DNA from: an uncultured Acidobacteriota bacterium | Lineage (GTDB): Bacteria; Acidobacteriota; Vicinamibacteria; Vicinamibacterales; UBA2999 | Reading direction: 5' to 3' | Assembly: GCA_963815285.1 (NCBI GenBank) | Contig: CAWFGB010000004.1 | Location: forward strand, 521,440-585,439 | Length of the DNA stretch: 64,000 nucleotides | In this document: positions 38,217-48,044 of the stretch, piece after piece | Layout of the letters: each line of letters opens with the position of its first letter | How positions within the stretch are numbered: the stretch's first letter is position 1 | Made by a program: the position numbers and the translations under genes | Notes under the pieces: model-generated | Seen by the model: the letters and a program-made list of their open reading frames with translations, nothing else | Told to the model about the DNA's origin: nothing | The model's database searches: none

Positions 38217-40961
38217 CTACTTGATTCGCGGCACCTCGGTCATCCAGACATTGCCCGTGTGCTCACCGAGATTGAACACGATCTTGTCATGCGCGACGGC
38301 GACGCCCGGCTCGCCCAGGTAGAGGTTCTTCCACGACAAGCCTCGGCTGTGGAAATGCTGGATCGCAAAAGGTTGCCGGCTGGGCCGTTTCGTCATCGGG
38401 TCAAGGCGTTGCGCCCACAAACACGGCGAGCCGTCGCGATCAGACCAGAAGTACAACAGAGTCGCTCGCGGCGACCAACTCGGCGCGTCGCCATCATCGC
38501 TGATCTCGATCCATTCTTTCTCTTCAGCAACGGTTCCTTGATCTAATTTTGCGATGAAGACCCGGGCAGGGGCGAGCCTGTCCGTCCTGCTGTTGAACGC
38601 GATCCAGCCACCATCAGATGAGGCGCGCGGGCCGTAGATTCCATTCATGGGATGCGCGAGCCACGCGTGGTTGTGCCCGGAGCCGATCGTCAGGAGTCCC
38701 ACACCGGATGGATCCCGCTCGGTGACATACAGGATTTGCTCGCCACTCGGTGACCACTCCTTCACTTCGCCGCAGTCCTCACACACGCGTGTCGGTGCTC
38801 CCCCGCTGGCCGCGACGATGTAGATGGGCATCCGGCCTTGCTCGTGGGCCGAGTACGCGACCCTCGTTCCATCACGACTGACCGCGGCAAAGTGGTCGGT
38901 CGGCACTCTGGTCAGGACGGTTTCCGCGCTGTTTCCGATTCGTTTCAACACGACGGCAAACCGGCCAGCTCGACGCGAACGAAAGAGCAACGTCATCCCA
39001 TCGTCCGCGAGAGTCGGATCGTAATCATCCGCGGAGTCGTGTGTCACCCGTTGAAGCACCCCACGTAATTCCCCGCGCTCGGCGTCGATCGGAAGACTCC
39101 AGATATCCGACCCGGTCATCCTGCTGATGAACACCATGCGGCCATCGGCGGTCACGGCGGCCGCCGCTTCGTTGGTCGTGCCGAAGGTGACCCTCTGGGG
39201 TTCACCTTCGACGCGCCAGCTTTCGGGCGAGATCGCCACCTGCCACATGTTCGAGGAGTCGCCCACAGCGCCATGAAACAGGATGCCACCGGCTGCACTC
39301 ACCCACGCATCTGGATATGGCAGCCCTTGAAACGCCTGAAACGGTTCTCGCAGCAGCACGCTGCGCGCGCCTGTCGCGACCGGGGAGCCGGCGGGAACCT
39401 CCGTCACATACCAATCGGTATTCTGCTCTGGTGGCGCGTCGCGCTGGCGCTGTCCCCAGAACAGCAGGCGACCGCCGTCGGTCGACCACACGGGAGCGCG
39501 AGTGCGATAGAAGCCCGGCGCGACCAGCGTCGCGGGGCCGCCGTCCGCCGGCGTCACGTAGATGCGGCTGCCGCCCTGCTCGGCGACACCATAGGCGAGC
39601 CACTTGCCGTCAGGTGAAAAGCGCGGTGCGAAGCCGCCAGCGACGACGAGCCTCTCTTCACCTCCAAGCGTCGGGATGAGATAGATCCCACCGCCCTCCC
39701 GGCTGGAGTGAAAGGCGATTCTACTGCCGTCGGCCGAGAACGACGCATCAGTGTCATCTGCGGGGCCACGCGTCAACCTGACTGGCGGACCATCCGGAAT
39801 GTGCTGAATCCAGATGTCGAGGTTGCCGTCTCCGCTGCGGTCGGACGAATACGCGAGGATCTTGCCATCCAGTGAAATCGCCGGGTAGTCGGTCCAGCCC
39901 AGGTCCGAGGTGAGCCTGGTCAGCGTCGGGTTGGCGACAACGCTCGGAAACGTCGGACGACTCTGCCACCATGCGCCGGCGGCAACGACCGCGATGATTG
40001 CTACGGCGGCTCCAACCGCGACAGCCTTCCTCGACCGGCGATCTGCCTCCAGCGGTGCCGAAGGCGCCGAGCGAAGGGCATTGTGCTCTTCGCGTAAGTC
40101 TTCGAGCGCAATCTTGAGATCGGCCATCGATTGCCATCGCCGTTCGGGGCTCTTGCGCAGGCATCGCGCGATCGTCTTCTCGAGATTCGGCGAGAGTCCC
40201 TCAACCACAAGGCGCATGGGTTCTGGATCCCTGGTCAGGACCGCCGCGAGCGTCCCCACTCTTGTCGCGCCGGTGAATGCACGCCGGCCCGTGAAGAGCT
40301 CATAGAGCACGGCCCCGAACGAGAACACATCCGATCGTGCGTCCGCCGGTTTGCCTTCCGACTGTTCGGGTGACATGTAGGCCGCTGTACCGAGGATCGC
40401 TCCATCCTCAGTCTGTGGATGACTGCCACTGGGGGAAGTCCCAGTGGTGACCGGATCGTCCAGCGAATGGCCATCAGCGGTGTCCACCAGTTTGGCGAGG
40501 CCGAAATCGAGAACCTTGACCGAGCTTCTGTCGGTCACCATGATATTGCCGGGTTTGAGGTCGCGATGAACGATCCCCGCGGCGTGGGCGGCCGCAAGCG
40601 CATCGGCAATCTGAATCGCCCATTGCAGGCAGTCATCGACGCTCGGTCTGCCCCGCTCTATCACCTGTGCCAATGACGTGCCCGTGACGTACTCCATCGC
40701 GATGAAGTCGACGCCGTGCTCCTGACCAATGTCGTAGATCGTGATGATGTGCGGATGGTTCAACGCGGAAGCGGCTCGCGCCTCGTGCACGAATCGCCTC
40801 CGGCTCTCTCCACTCACGGCTCCATCCGCGCGCAGCAACTTCACAGCGACCGGCCGGCCAAGACGTGTATCCACGGCGCGGTAGACAACGCCCATACCGC
40901 CTTCGCCGATGGCGGCCTGAATCTCGTAGTGAGAAAGCGTCTTTGTGAGCATCGGGGCCAA
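38217..40961 (-). CDS. Membrane Ser/Thr protein kinase with an extracytoplasmic PD40/TolB-like beta-propeller region
   Basis: GEGGMGVVYRA, VAVK, HRDLKPGNIMV, DFGLAK, GTAAYMSPEQ. One TM (AVAVGAAVAIIAVVAAGAWW). Repeated ..SPDG..(L/I)A(Y/F)... blades. 914 aa, intact. Confidence 0.9.
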   Translation of the reverse strand: MAPMLTKTLSHYEIQAAIGEGGMGVVYRAVDTRLGRPVAVKLLRADGAVSGESRRRFVHEARAASALNHPHIITIYDIGQEHGVDFIAMEYVTGTSLAQVIERGRPSVDDCLQWAIQIADALAAAHAAGIVHRDLKPGNIMVTDRSSVKVLDFGLAKLVDTADGHSLDDPVTTGTSPSGSHPQTEDGAILGTAAYMSPEQSEGKPADARSDVFSFGAVLYELFTGRRAFTGATRVGTLAAVLTRDPEPMRLVVEGLSPNLEKTIARCLRKSPERRWQSMADLKIALEDLREEHNALRSAPSAPLEADRRSRKAVAVGAAVAIIAVVAAGAWWQSRPTFPSVVANPTLTRLTSDLGWTDYPAISLDGKILAYSSDRSGDGNLDIWIQHIPDGPPVRLTRGPADDTDASFSADGSRIAFHSSREGGGIYLIPTLGGEERLVVAGGFAPRFSPDGKWLAYGVAEQGGSRIYVTPADGGPATLVAPGFYRTRAPVWSTDGGRLLFWGQRQRDAPPEQNTDWYVTEVPAGSPVATGARSVLLREPFQAFQGLPYPDAWVSAAGGILFHGAVGDSSNMWQVAISPESWRVEGEPQRVTFGTTNEAAAAVTADGRMVFISRMTGSDIWSLPIDAERGELRGVLQRVTHDSADDYDPTLADDGMTLLFRSRRAGRFAVVLKRIGNSAETVLTRVPTDHFAAVSRDGTRVAYSAHEQGRMPIYIVAASGGAPTRVCEDCGEVKEWSPSGEQILYVTERDPSGVGLLTIGSGHNHAWLAHPMNGIYGPRASSDGGWIAFNSRTDRLAPARVFIAKLDQGTVAEEKEWIEISDDGDAPSWSPRATLLYFWSDRDGSPCLWAQRLDPMTKRPSRQPFAIQHFHSRGLSWKNLYLGEPGVAVAHDKIVFNLGEHTGNVWMTEVPRIK

Positions 40962-40999
40962 CTGTCACGGCCGCATCAGGCCGGCGAACCGTCGGACGG

Positions 41000-41755
41000 C
41001 TAATTCGGCAACGACTTGATCTCGGCCCTCATTCTTGCCCGGCGCTCGACCACGGCCGCGATCTCGGGCTCGTCGAGCCACGGCTTCAACGCGGCGTCGA
41101 GCTGAGCGCGCGTCAGCTTTTCCATCGTGTCCCACAAAGCCCGGTCGATCTTTGTCAGCTTCCGAGGTAGTTCGCTGTTCGCCGTGAACGCTCTCGAATG
41201 ATCGATCAGAATCAACTGCCACGCCGTGTCCCGGAGCGTATTTGCGAGGTTGCGATCTCGGTAGCCGATGAGGTCGTCGAACATCGCCATTCGCACGAGC
41301 TGATTCTCCCATTTGCCGCGAGCGGCTTCTTCCGGCAACGCGCCATCTTTCAGCTCGACGATATTCTCCACCCACACTTGGGCGGCGCCTGTGTTTCCTT
41401 CAAGTAGCCGTTCCACGGTCGGCGGCACCATGTCCAACTTCAGGAGCTTGTCGATTTCATACGCCGCAATCTCGGCTTTGTAGCTTTCCCTGAAACCTCG
41501 GTAAACACCAGGCGGAAGCGCTCTCCACGCCATCCGCGCGACCGGTCCGCCAGGCGGCAGGTTGCAGCGAACCGCGCGGTTCGGGCCCAACGTGGTCATG
41601 CTCACACACTCGGCAGTTCGCAGGTATTCCTCGATCTCCTGGTAGCGACCGACCCAGATCTTGGCGTCAGACTGTTCGCTGGAGCCCGATTGCTCGTATC
41701 CCAGGAGGGCCGGCAAAACCAAGAGCAGCGCGGCGACTCGGCGTGGTCGGATCAT
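41000..41755 (-). CDS. Secreted protein with a PI3/PI4-kinase-like (HipA_C-like) catalytic core
   Basis: Signal MIRPRRVAALLLVLPALLG. E.AAYEIDKLL.LDMVPPTV, then GYRDRNLANTL (compare the G.DRH..N catalytic loop) and LILIDHSRAF (compare the IDF/H..F activation segment). Lies 38 nt upstream of the kinase gene. Confidence 0.5.
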   Translation of the reverse strand: MIRPRRVAALLLVLPALLGYEQSGSSEQSDAKIWVGRYQEIEEYLRTAECVSMTTLGPNRAVRCNLPPGGPVARMAWRALPPGVYRGFRESYKAEIAAYEIDKLLKLDMVPPTVERLLEGNTGAAQVWVENIVELKDGALPEEAARGKWENQLVRMAMFDDLIGYRDRNLANTLRDTAWQLILIDHSRAFTANSELPRKLTKIDRALWDTMEKLTRAQLDAALKPWLDEPEIAAVVERRARMRAEIKSLPN

Positions 41756-41843
41756 TGTTGGCTCCTGTGCCAATATAGCCAGCGCCTGGACGACTTGTCC
41801 TCGCGGATTTCTCACGAAACTCTAATTTTCGGCCCACCCTCCC

Positions 41844-42512
41844 ATGCGCGTCCTTTTTGAGGAGTGCGAATTCGACACCGGTCGGCGTGTGCTTCTACGG
41901 CATGGACGGATCGTTCCGCTTTCCTCGAGGGCCTTTCAGCTCCTGGAGCTGCTTCTCGAACGACGGCCCGAGGCCATCGCGAAAACGGAGCTGCTCGAAC
42001 AGCTGTGGCCCGACGCGTTCGTTTCCGACGCAAGCCTGCACAACCTGGTGACCGAGATCCGAGCGGCTCTCGGCGACGACCCGCGAATGGCGCGGTACAT
42101 CCGCACGGTGCCTCGATTCGGCTATGCGTTCCACGCTGCAGCGCGGGTTGGCGCCCCGGTCCGTCCTTCGACAGACGCACCCGCGGCTGGGCGGCTTCTG
42201 TCAGGGTCGCAGGAATGGCTGCTCTCTGAAGGCTCGAACCTGGTGGGTCGCGATCGCGATTGCGGCGTCCGCATTGATTCCGCCACGCTGTCGCGTCACC
42301 ACGCGCGGATCGTTGTTACGAACCGGGAGGCGACGATCGAAGATCTCGGGAGCAAGAACGGAACACAGGTGAACAAGCTGCGCATTACGCAGCTGGTCAA
42401 GCTCAAAGACGCGGATCAGATCCAGCTCGGCTCCGTGACCGTCACCTATCGCACAGCCGAGCCACTCCCGTCGACTCTCACTCGACGAGGACGAGACGAT
42501 AGGAAATATTAG
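41844..42512 (+). CDS. Winged-helix (OmpR/CadC-type) plus FHA domain transcriptional regulator, paralogue of 128..757
   Basis: LSSRAFQLLELLLERRPE..ELLEQLWPD..LHNLV.EIR..L......IRTVPRFGYAF, then NLVGRDRDCGVRIDSATLSRHHARI..ATIEDLGSKNGT.VN......L.D.D.IQLG. Ends RGRDDRKY-stop. Confidence 0.85.
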   Translation: MRVLFEECEFDTGRRVLLRHGRIVPLSSRAFQLLELLLERRPEAIAKTELLEQLWPDAFVSDASLHNLVTEIRAALGDDPRMARYIRTVPRFGYAFHAAARVGAPVRPSTDAPAAGRLLSGSQEWLLSEGSNLVGRDRDCGVRIDSATLSRHHARIVVTNREATIEDLGSKNGTQVNKLRITQLVKLKDADQIQLGSVTVTYRTAEPLPSTLTRRGRDDRKY

Positions 42513-42529
42513 CCCTCCCCCTTCGACAG
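42495..42529 (+). repeat. Core motif copy E at the 3' end of the intact wHTH-FHA gene (GACGATAGGAAATATTAG followed by CCCTCCCCCTTCGACAG)
   Basis: Matches the first and last segments of the 73-nt repeat but lacks the central 30 nt or so. A further GATAAGCCCGTTGGC follows at 42534-42548. Confidence 0.55.
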
Positions 42530-42632
42530 CGCGGATAAGCCCGTTGGCTGCAGCCGATTTTCGTCAAGCAGTCGCAGAAGAGCACGGGAAAAGGCAGACC
42601 TGGAAGAGCCCCCACTGTTCCTCGCGAGCGCA

Positions 42633-43631
42633 TTAAGCTGACGTCTGCGGCTGGTCTCGCAGCCACCGGATCGTATCCGTCAACGTCTCGCCGAGCGGCC
42701 TGGGCGTCCAGCCAAGCTCGGCACGCGCCTTCGACGTGTCGTACCAGGCGTAGCGTCCCAGAATCTGCAGCACGTCGCGAGTGATTGGAGCCGGTTTTTG
42801 CCGAAGCTTGCTGACGAGCTCCAGCGCCGCCACGAGTCCCCGTACGAGAAAGGCTGGCGCTCGGAACCGCGGTCCATGGACACCGGTGATCGTCGCAACC
42901 TGCGACACGAGTTGATCCGTCGTGACATTGTCCCCGCTCAAGAGGTATCGCTCGCCCGATCGGCCGCGCTCGCCGGCGAGCACCATTCCATGCGCGAAGT
43001 CCCGCACGTCGAGGCAGCCGAAGCCGACGGCCACCCTGGCCGGCACTTTGCGCGCCATGAGCGCCTGGAGCAACTTGTTGGCGGGCGCTCCTGAGGGATC
43101 GTCCGGCCCGAAAGTAAACGAGGGACAGACCGTGATTACTGCGAACTGTGGCGTCGCCTGTGCGAGCGCGTCCAGCTCGACTTGACGACGCAGCTTCGCG
43201 TACGGAAGATCGAAGGCGTGTCGAGACCAGCTTGCGGTTTCGTCGAGTGGCTCAGGGTCACGATTGACGCCGATGGCCAGCGCGCTGCCGGTGACGACCG
43301 CTCGCCGTACGCCGCTTGCAGCCGCCGCCTGCAGCAGCGACCGCGTACCCTCAACATTGATCCGTTGCATCTCCTCGAGGGCCGGCGGCCCTCCGCCAAC
43401 GCTCACCTTGAACGCGAGATGGAGTAGCGTATCGACGCCGGCGCAAGCGGAGCGCACCGCGGCCGGGTCGTCCAGATGTCCTCGGCTCCGTTCGACGTCG
43501 AGTCCGTCGAGCACTTGGAGCCGGCTTTCAGGCCGTTCGATCACGCGCGGGCGGATCCCGGACTGATTCAGTCGCTTGGCGACGTGGTATCCCAGGAAGC
43601 TGGTTGCACCGGTGACGAGAATCGTGCCCAT
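42633..43631 (-). CDS. NAD(P)-dependent epimerase/dehydratase (extended SDR)
   Basis: MGTILVTGATSFLGYHVAKRL Rossmann motif at the internal ATG 43631. About 330 aa. Confidence 0.8.
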   Translation of the reverse strand: MGTILVTGATSFLGYHVAKRLNQSGIRPRVIERPESRLQVLDGLDVERSRGHLDDPAAVRSACAGVDTLLHLAFKVSVGGGPPALEEMQRINVEGTRSLLQAAAASGVRRAVVTGSALAIGVNRDPEPLDETASWSRHAFDLPYAKLRRQVELDALAQATPQFAVITVCPSFTFGPDDPSGAPANKLLQALMARKVPARVAVGFGCLDVRDFAHGMVLAGERGRSGERYLLSGDNVTTDQLVSQVATITGVHGPRFRAPAFLVRGLVAALELVSKLRQKPAPITRDVLQILGRYAWYDTSKARAELGWTPRPLGETLTDTIRWLRDQPQTSA

Positions 43632-43756
43632 GCGCGCCCGAGCCAGTTTGTGGATATTACCGGCACGTGCGTAGTTGCGCACGGGAAAATGAAGGGTGGC
43701 TCAGATGTTCGAAATGCCTGCCAGAATCGTTTAAGAATGAGGCGAGGTGTTCTGCG

Positions 43757-45595
43757 ATGCGACTTTCGATCGAACACAACACTGAAGCCGCCGTTGGCGC
43801 GGCGCCCCTTGCGCTCGATCCGGCCGCCCCTGACCTCAGCTTCCTCGCCGAGGACGCCGCGGCAGCCCTGCGCTCCTTCTTCGATACCGCCGATCGCATA
43901 GTCGCCGACAACCCCGTTGCGGCGGCGCGATTGCAAGAACTGGCTGTCAAAGCTCGCTCTGCGACGCCACTCACGCCCGCGGAAACCGAGGAGCTCCAGT
44001 CGCTCAAGTTTCACGCGCAGCGCCAGGGCAGGGCGATCGGCGCGGCCATCGGATTCTTCCTGAAGCTCAATCCGTATCCGATGCTGGAAGAGATACGGCG
44101 AAGATCAAAACTCTATCAACCCGCGTTTGGTCCCGTGCTCGTGGTCGACGGTGCCACCGTTCGCGAGGTGCTCGACCGCGATCAGGAGTTCACCGTCGAG
44201 CCCTACGGTGTCGAGATGACGAAGGTCATGTCGCCTCGTCACAACGGCGGCTTCAGCACCTTCGTGCTGAGCACCGACGACAACGCGGTCTACCAGCCGG
44301 ACAAACGCCTGCTGACATCAGTGTGCAACCGGGACGACGCGGACAGGATCACGGGCGTCATTCACGAGGAGTGCGTTCGACGGGTGGCCGCTGCGGTGTC
44401 GGCGGCGCGCACGAGCGGCTCTATGACGATCGACGTGGTCGATGCCGTCGCCCGCTACGTGCCTGTCACGCTGGGTCACAGATATCTCGGGGTTCCAGTT
44501 GCGGCACAGGCGGGATCGTTCGAGCTGACGCCGGACATGCTGACCTATTACGGGTCGCCCATCGATGGCCAAGCGGACACGGCGCTCACACGGGACGATG
44601 GGGTGATTCCGGACGAGCGGCAGATGTACCTCTGGATCAAAGCGGCGTTCCGGCACTTCTTCAACAACGTGCAGAAGGATCCAGCCGTGCAGGTGGAAGG
44701 GCTGCGCGCCTGCCGGCAGTTGCTCGCGTACCTGTTGCGCGAGGTGGGGATTCAGCGGCAACGGTTGCTCGACGGCCAGTCCGTGGACGACACGATGCTG
44801 TCCCGGCTGGTGCACTTTCAGCTGGGTCGCGCCGCGCCGACCGTGGCACTGCCAGCGGATCTCGATCCGCGGCTGGTCTGCGACCTCCGGATCGCGGAGA
44901 ACGTCATGGGTACGATCGTCGGAGCCGTCGCGGGACAGGAAGAGGCGACGTGCCGCGTCATCGACTCGCTCCTGCGGCTTCGGGAAGGCGAATATCGGAC
45001 GACGGGAGCTGGCGCTTATCGGTACGGGAGCTTCGCCGAAGCCAGACAGCTGGCGTTCACCGTCCTGAGCGGTTCGAACGTGCGGCAGTGCCGCTCCGAG
45101 TTGTTCAAGTACTTTCAGGAAGCGCTGCGCTTGCAGCCTCAGGGTGAAGTCTTGCTCCGGAAATGCGCGCGCGATGGGGCACGCATCGCGGACAGCCGGC
45201 CGATCCCCGCGGGCACGCCAGTCTTCGTGTCTCATGGGTCGGCGATGCGGGACGTGCCCGAACCGGATGCCTTCATCCTCGATCGGCCGCGCGAACACTA
45301 TCTGCAGTACGGTTGGTCGCGGCATAGCTGCCTCGGCCAACACGTATCACCCGTCATCATCGTCGAATCGGTGATTGCCCTGCTCGGACTGCAGGATCTT
45401 GCGCGCCCCGCGCCGCGAGCGGGTGAGCCGTCGTTCCCGTTCGAGCGGCGATTCGGCCGGTTCCAGCTAGACGATCAGAACCTTTACGCCACCACCTTCA
45501 CGCTCCAGTTTGCCGACTCCGGCACGACGCGGGTCTTCTGGCCACCCAGTCCGGCAGCGACCGTCGGCCGTGTCGACGGGTTCGAGGTGATCTGA
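43757..45595 (+). CDS. Unusually long (612 aa) cytochrome P450-family protein
   Basis: Haem-thiolate loop YGWSRHSCLGQHV, ExxR (QEALRLQP), I-helix-like AGQEEAT. Extra sequence of roughly 130 aa at the N-terminus and roughly 70 aa at the C-terminus. No signal peptide. Confidence 0.7.
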   Translation: MRLSIEHNTEAAVGAAPLALDPAAPDLSFLAEDAAAALRSFFDTADRIVADNPVAAARLQELAVKARSATPLTPAETEELQSLKFHAQRQGRAIGAAIGFFLKLNPYPMLEEIRRRSKLYQPAFGPVLVVDGATVREVLDRDQEFTVEPYGVEMTKVMSPRHNGGFSTFVLSTDDNAVYQPDKRLLTSVCNRDDADRITGVIHEECVRRVAAAVSAARTSGSMTIDVVDAVARYVPVTLGHRYLGVPVAAQAGSFELTPDMLTYYGSPIDGQADTALTRDDGVIPDERQMYLWIKAAFRHFFNNVQKDPAVQVEGLRACRQLLAYLLREVGIQRQRLLDGQSVDDTMLSRLVHFQLGRAAPTVALPADLDPRLVCDLRIAENVMGTIVGAVAGQEEATCRVIDSLLRLREGEYRTTGAGAYRYGSFAEARQLAFTVLSGSNVRQCRSELFKYFQEALRLQPQGEVLLRKCARDGARIADSRPIPAGTPVFVSHGSAMRDVPEPDAFILDRPREHYLQYGWSRHSCLGQHVSPVIIVESVIALLGLQDLARPAPRAGEPSFPFERRFGRFQLDDQNLYATTFTLQFADSGTTRVFWPPSPAATVGRVDGFEVI

Positions 45596-47941
45596 ATGTC
45601 CATGAATAAACCTCTCAATGTCATCTGCGCCGCAGGATTCGTCGTTGCGATGAGTGCCTGCAGCCGCCAGCCTGCGACGGAGAGCAGCGTCAATACTGCG
45701 GCCGCCGCAAGAGCGAGCGAGGGGATCGTGGCGCCGTTGGAAGATGACACGAGCGACGCGATCATCTCGTGGGTGGACGGACACGTGGTGGCGGATTGGA
45801 CAGCGGAGATCGGCAAACGCGAGCAGGCCATCGAGCGATATCTGAGCGATTCAGATCCCGCTCACGCCGAGAAATACGGTTTCAGGAGCGGGCAGCACCC
45901 ACAGTTGGCGTGGAGCTGGTTCCTCGACTACCCCGTCGGCTTCAACGGCGTGCCGTTCGTCGTCCTCAAGACGATCTTCGATCTGGATCCCAACCACGAG
46001 AATCCCACGCTCCGTTCCATCGCGCGGATCTGGAAACGCGAAGCGAGCGTACCGGTCGCTTCCGAGGCGTCTCGGTGGACGATCGATCACATCGGCATGG
46101 GACCCAATCCACGCGACTACGTCGACGGGATCGCCCGTCCGGCAGGTGAGCGGCAATCGCCGATGCCGTTCGGATTCGCGTTCGAGAACCCGCGCTCGTT
46201 CGAGCCGCTGTCAACGGCCGAAACGACAGTGCTGGACGGACGGCTGCTCGCCCGCCGTGTGTTTCAGAACACGAGCCTCCTCGTCGCGAAGCTGCGGACG
46301 ACGCACACCGAGGAGAATTGGGAGCAGGATCGGCCGGGCTTCGGGAGCCCGGGCGCGATGGATCGCGTGTTCCTCTCGTGCTCGGCCTGCCACGTTGGCC
46401 GTGTGATGGTGGCGGGGAAGATGAAGTTTCTTCCCGGGATGCCGAACACCGAGATCGAAGCGCAGTACTACTCCAAGCTGTTGATGCTGACCGCGGCTGC
46501 GTTCGTCGAATCAGGCTTCGATCCGTCGTCGTCCGCGCCCGTCAACCCGGCGAACATTCAGCCGAACACGAGCGCGATCCGCGCGCTCTACACGGAGATG
46601 CTCGACAAGGCGCGCCAGCGGCCCGAGACGCTCTACGGGTCGTCTCCAGCCGAGATCGCCCGCGGGAAGATCCAGGCGCTCGAGGCCGCGCGCCAATTCC
46701 CGAGCGTCATGCAGGATCTGATCGCCGTCGGCGTGAAGACACATTTCATCTATTACGTCGTCGCGAAAAACAACGCCTACAAAGCCCCGCTTCCTGACGT
46801 GCTCGAGGATCGCCCTGGTCAGATGGATGCGTTCGGCATCGCGTCGGGGTTGGTGGCGATCCACTCGCGGCGACCGGACAACAGCTTTCTCGAGTTCGTG
46901 AGGCGGGACAATCCGAAGAGTCCGATCTACGCAGGATTCTCCAAGGCGAACGGCTTGCCGGCTGACGTGCCCGGGCTGACCGATGCGGTCACGGATCCGA
47001 AGGTCGCGGCGGAACGCATCTTCAAGAACATCCCGGCGTGGGCGCCCCCGGTGCCGGCGCCGATCGATGTGAAGAGCGTCAACTGGGCGACCCATCGCTT
47101 CCACGCGAACTGGGACGGCAATCAGGGGGCCTCGGCGCGGACGCTGGCTTCGGGCGCATCGGCGACCGGCGACCCGCGCATGGTGAACGTGCGCATCCAT
47201 GAGCCGCTCAATCCCCTCATCGACAACCTGCCGCCGCCGCCGTATCCATTTCCCGTGGACCTTGCGCGGGCGCGCGAAGGCAAGGCGATCTTCAAGGACA
47301 GGTGCGCGTCCTGCCACAAGCCGCGCAACGAGTCGATCTACAAGGTCTCTGAGCTCGGCGTGGACCCGAATCGCACGATGGTGAACACGAGCGTCGCGCG
47401 CTACGGGCTCGCGGCGTTGGTGATGGAGGCCTGCCGGATCTACGGCCTCAACAACGAGGGGCAGCCGGGCGCCGACTGGTGTGTGCCCAAAGGCGACTGG
47501 CAGGCTCGACTGGACGAGTACTTCCGCGACACTCCGCGGCGCGTGGTCGAGGGCGCGAACGGGTACAAGGCGGACATGCTGCACGGCATCTGGGCGCAAG
47601 CGCCGTATCTGCACAACGGTTCGGTGCCAACGCTCGGCCACTTGATGTGTCCCGAAACGCGTCCACGCCGATTCCTGCGCGGCAACCTTCACTACGACGA
47701 AGGCCTTGTCGGGTTCGAGTGGTCCATTCGACCGGCGGGCCGATACGGTCCTCACGACATCATTCTGATCAAGGAGTACGACACGACCGTTCCGGGAAAA
47801 TCCAACGGTGGGCATACGTTTGGCGCTCCCCTTTGCCCGGATACCTCGGGCCTCGATCCCATCGCCAATCGCAAGGAGATTGAATCGCGTCTTCTGGGCT
47901 CACCCGTGGGAGCGCTGCTGGCGTACTTGCGCACGCTGTAG
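45596..47941 (+). CDS. Di-haem lipoprotein with a cytochrome c peroxidase/MauG-like C-terminal signature
   Basis: ATG directly abuts the P450 stop (TGAATG). Lipobox VAMSAC. Two CxxCH motifs (CSACH, CASCH). GIWAQAPYLHNGSVPTLGHL resembles the ..APY(M/F)HDGS..TL.. motif of bacterial di-haem peroxidases. Confidence 0.65.
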   Translation: MSMNKPLNVICAAGFVVAMSACSRQPATESSVNTAAAARASEGIVAPLEDDTSDAIISWVDGHVVADWTAEIGKREQAIERYLSDSDPAHAEKYGFRSGQHPQLAWSWFLDYPVGFNGVPFVVLKTIFDLDPNHENPTLRSIARIWKREASVPVASEASRWTIDHIGMGPNPRDYVDGIARPAGERQSPMPFGFAFENPRSFEPLSTAETTVLDGRLLARRVFQNTSLLVAKLRTTHTEENWEQDRPGFGSPGAMDRVFLSCSACHVGRVMVAGKMKFLPGMPNTEIEAQYYSKLLMLTAAAFVESGFDPSSSAPVNPANIQPNTSAIRALYTEMLDKARQRPETLYGSSPAEIARGKIQALEAARQFPSVMQDLIAVGVKTHFIYYVVAKNNAYKAPLPDVLEDRPGQMDAFGIASGLVAIHSRRPDNSFLEFVRRDNPKSPIYAGFSKANGLPADVPGLTDAVTDPKVAAERIFKNIPAWAPPVPAPIDVKSVNWATHRFHANWDGNQGASARTLASGASATGDPRMVNVRIHEPLNPLIDNLPPPPYPFPVDLARAREGKAIFKDRCASCHKPRNESIYKVSELGVDPNRTMVNTSVARYGLAALVMEACRIYGLNNEGQPGADWCVPKGDWQARLDEYFRDTPRRVVEGANGYKADMLHGIWAQAPYLHNGSVPTLGHLMCPETRPRRFLRGNLHYDEGLVGFEWSIRPAGRYGPHDIILIKEYDTTVPGKSNGGHTFGAPLCPDTSGLDPIANRKEIESRLLGSPVGALLAYLRTL

Positions 47942-48044
47942 GGAAGGGTTCCCCCTTCGCCAGCCGGGGGCGTGTAGAATCCGGACCTCTTGGCTCTATC
48001 GACTCCTTCGTGGCCTTCCGGCTCGGAATGATCGTCTGGACGAC

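Noticed and set aside
36643-38220. An identical 13-nt direct repeat, CTGATCTCACTAC, at 36643-36655 and 38208-38220 brackets the collagen-like gene, suggesting a cassette insertion with target duplication.
   Set aside because: The match does not extend beyond 13 nt. Exact 13-mers shared by chance are expected several times in 64 kb. The right copy overlaps the kinase stop codon.
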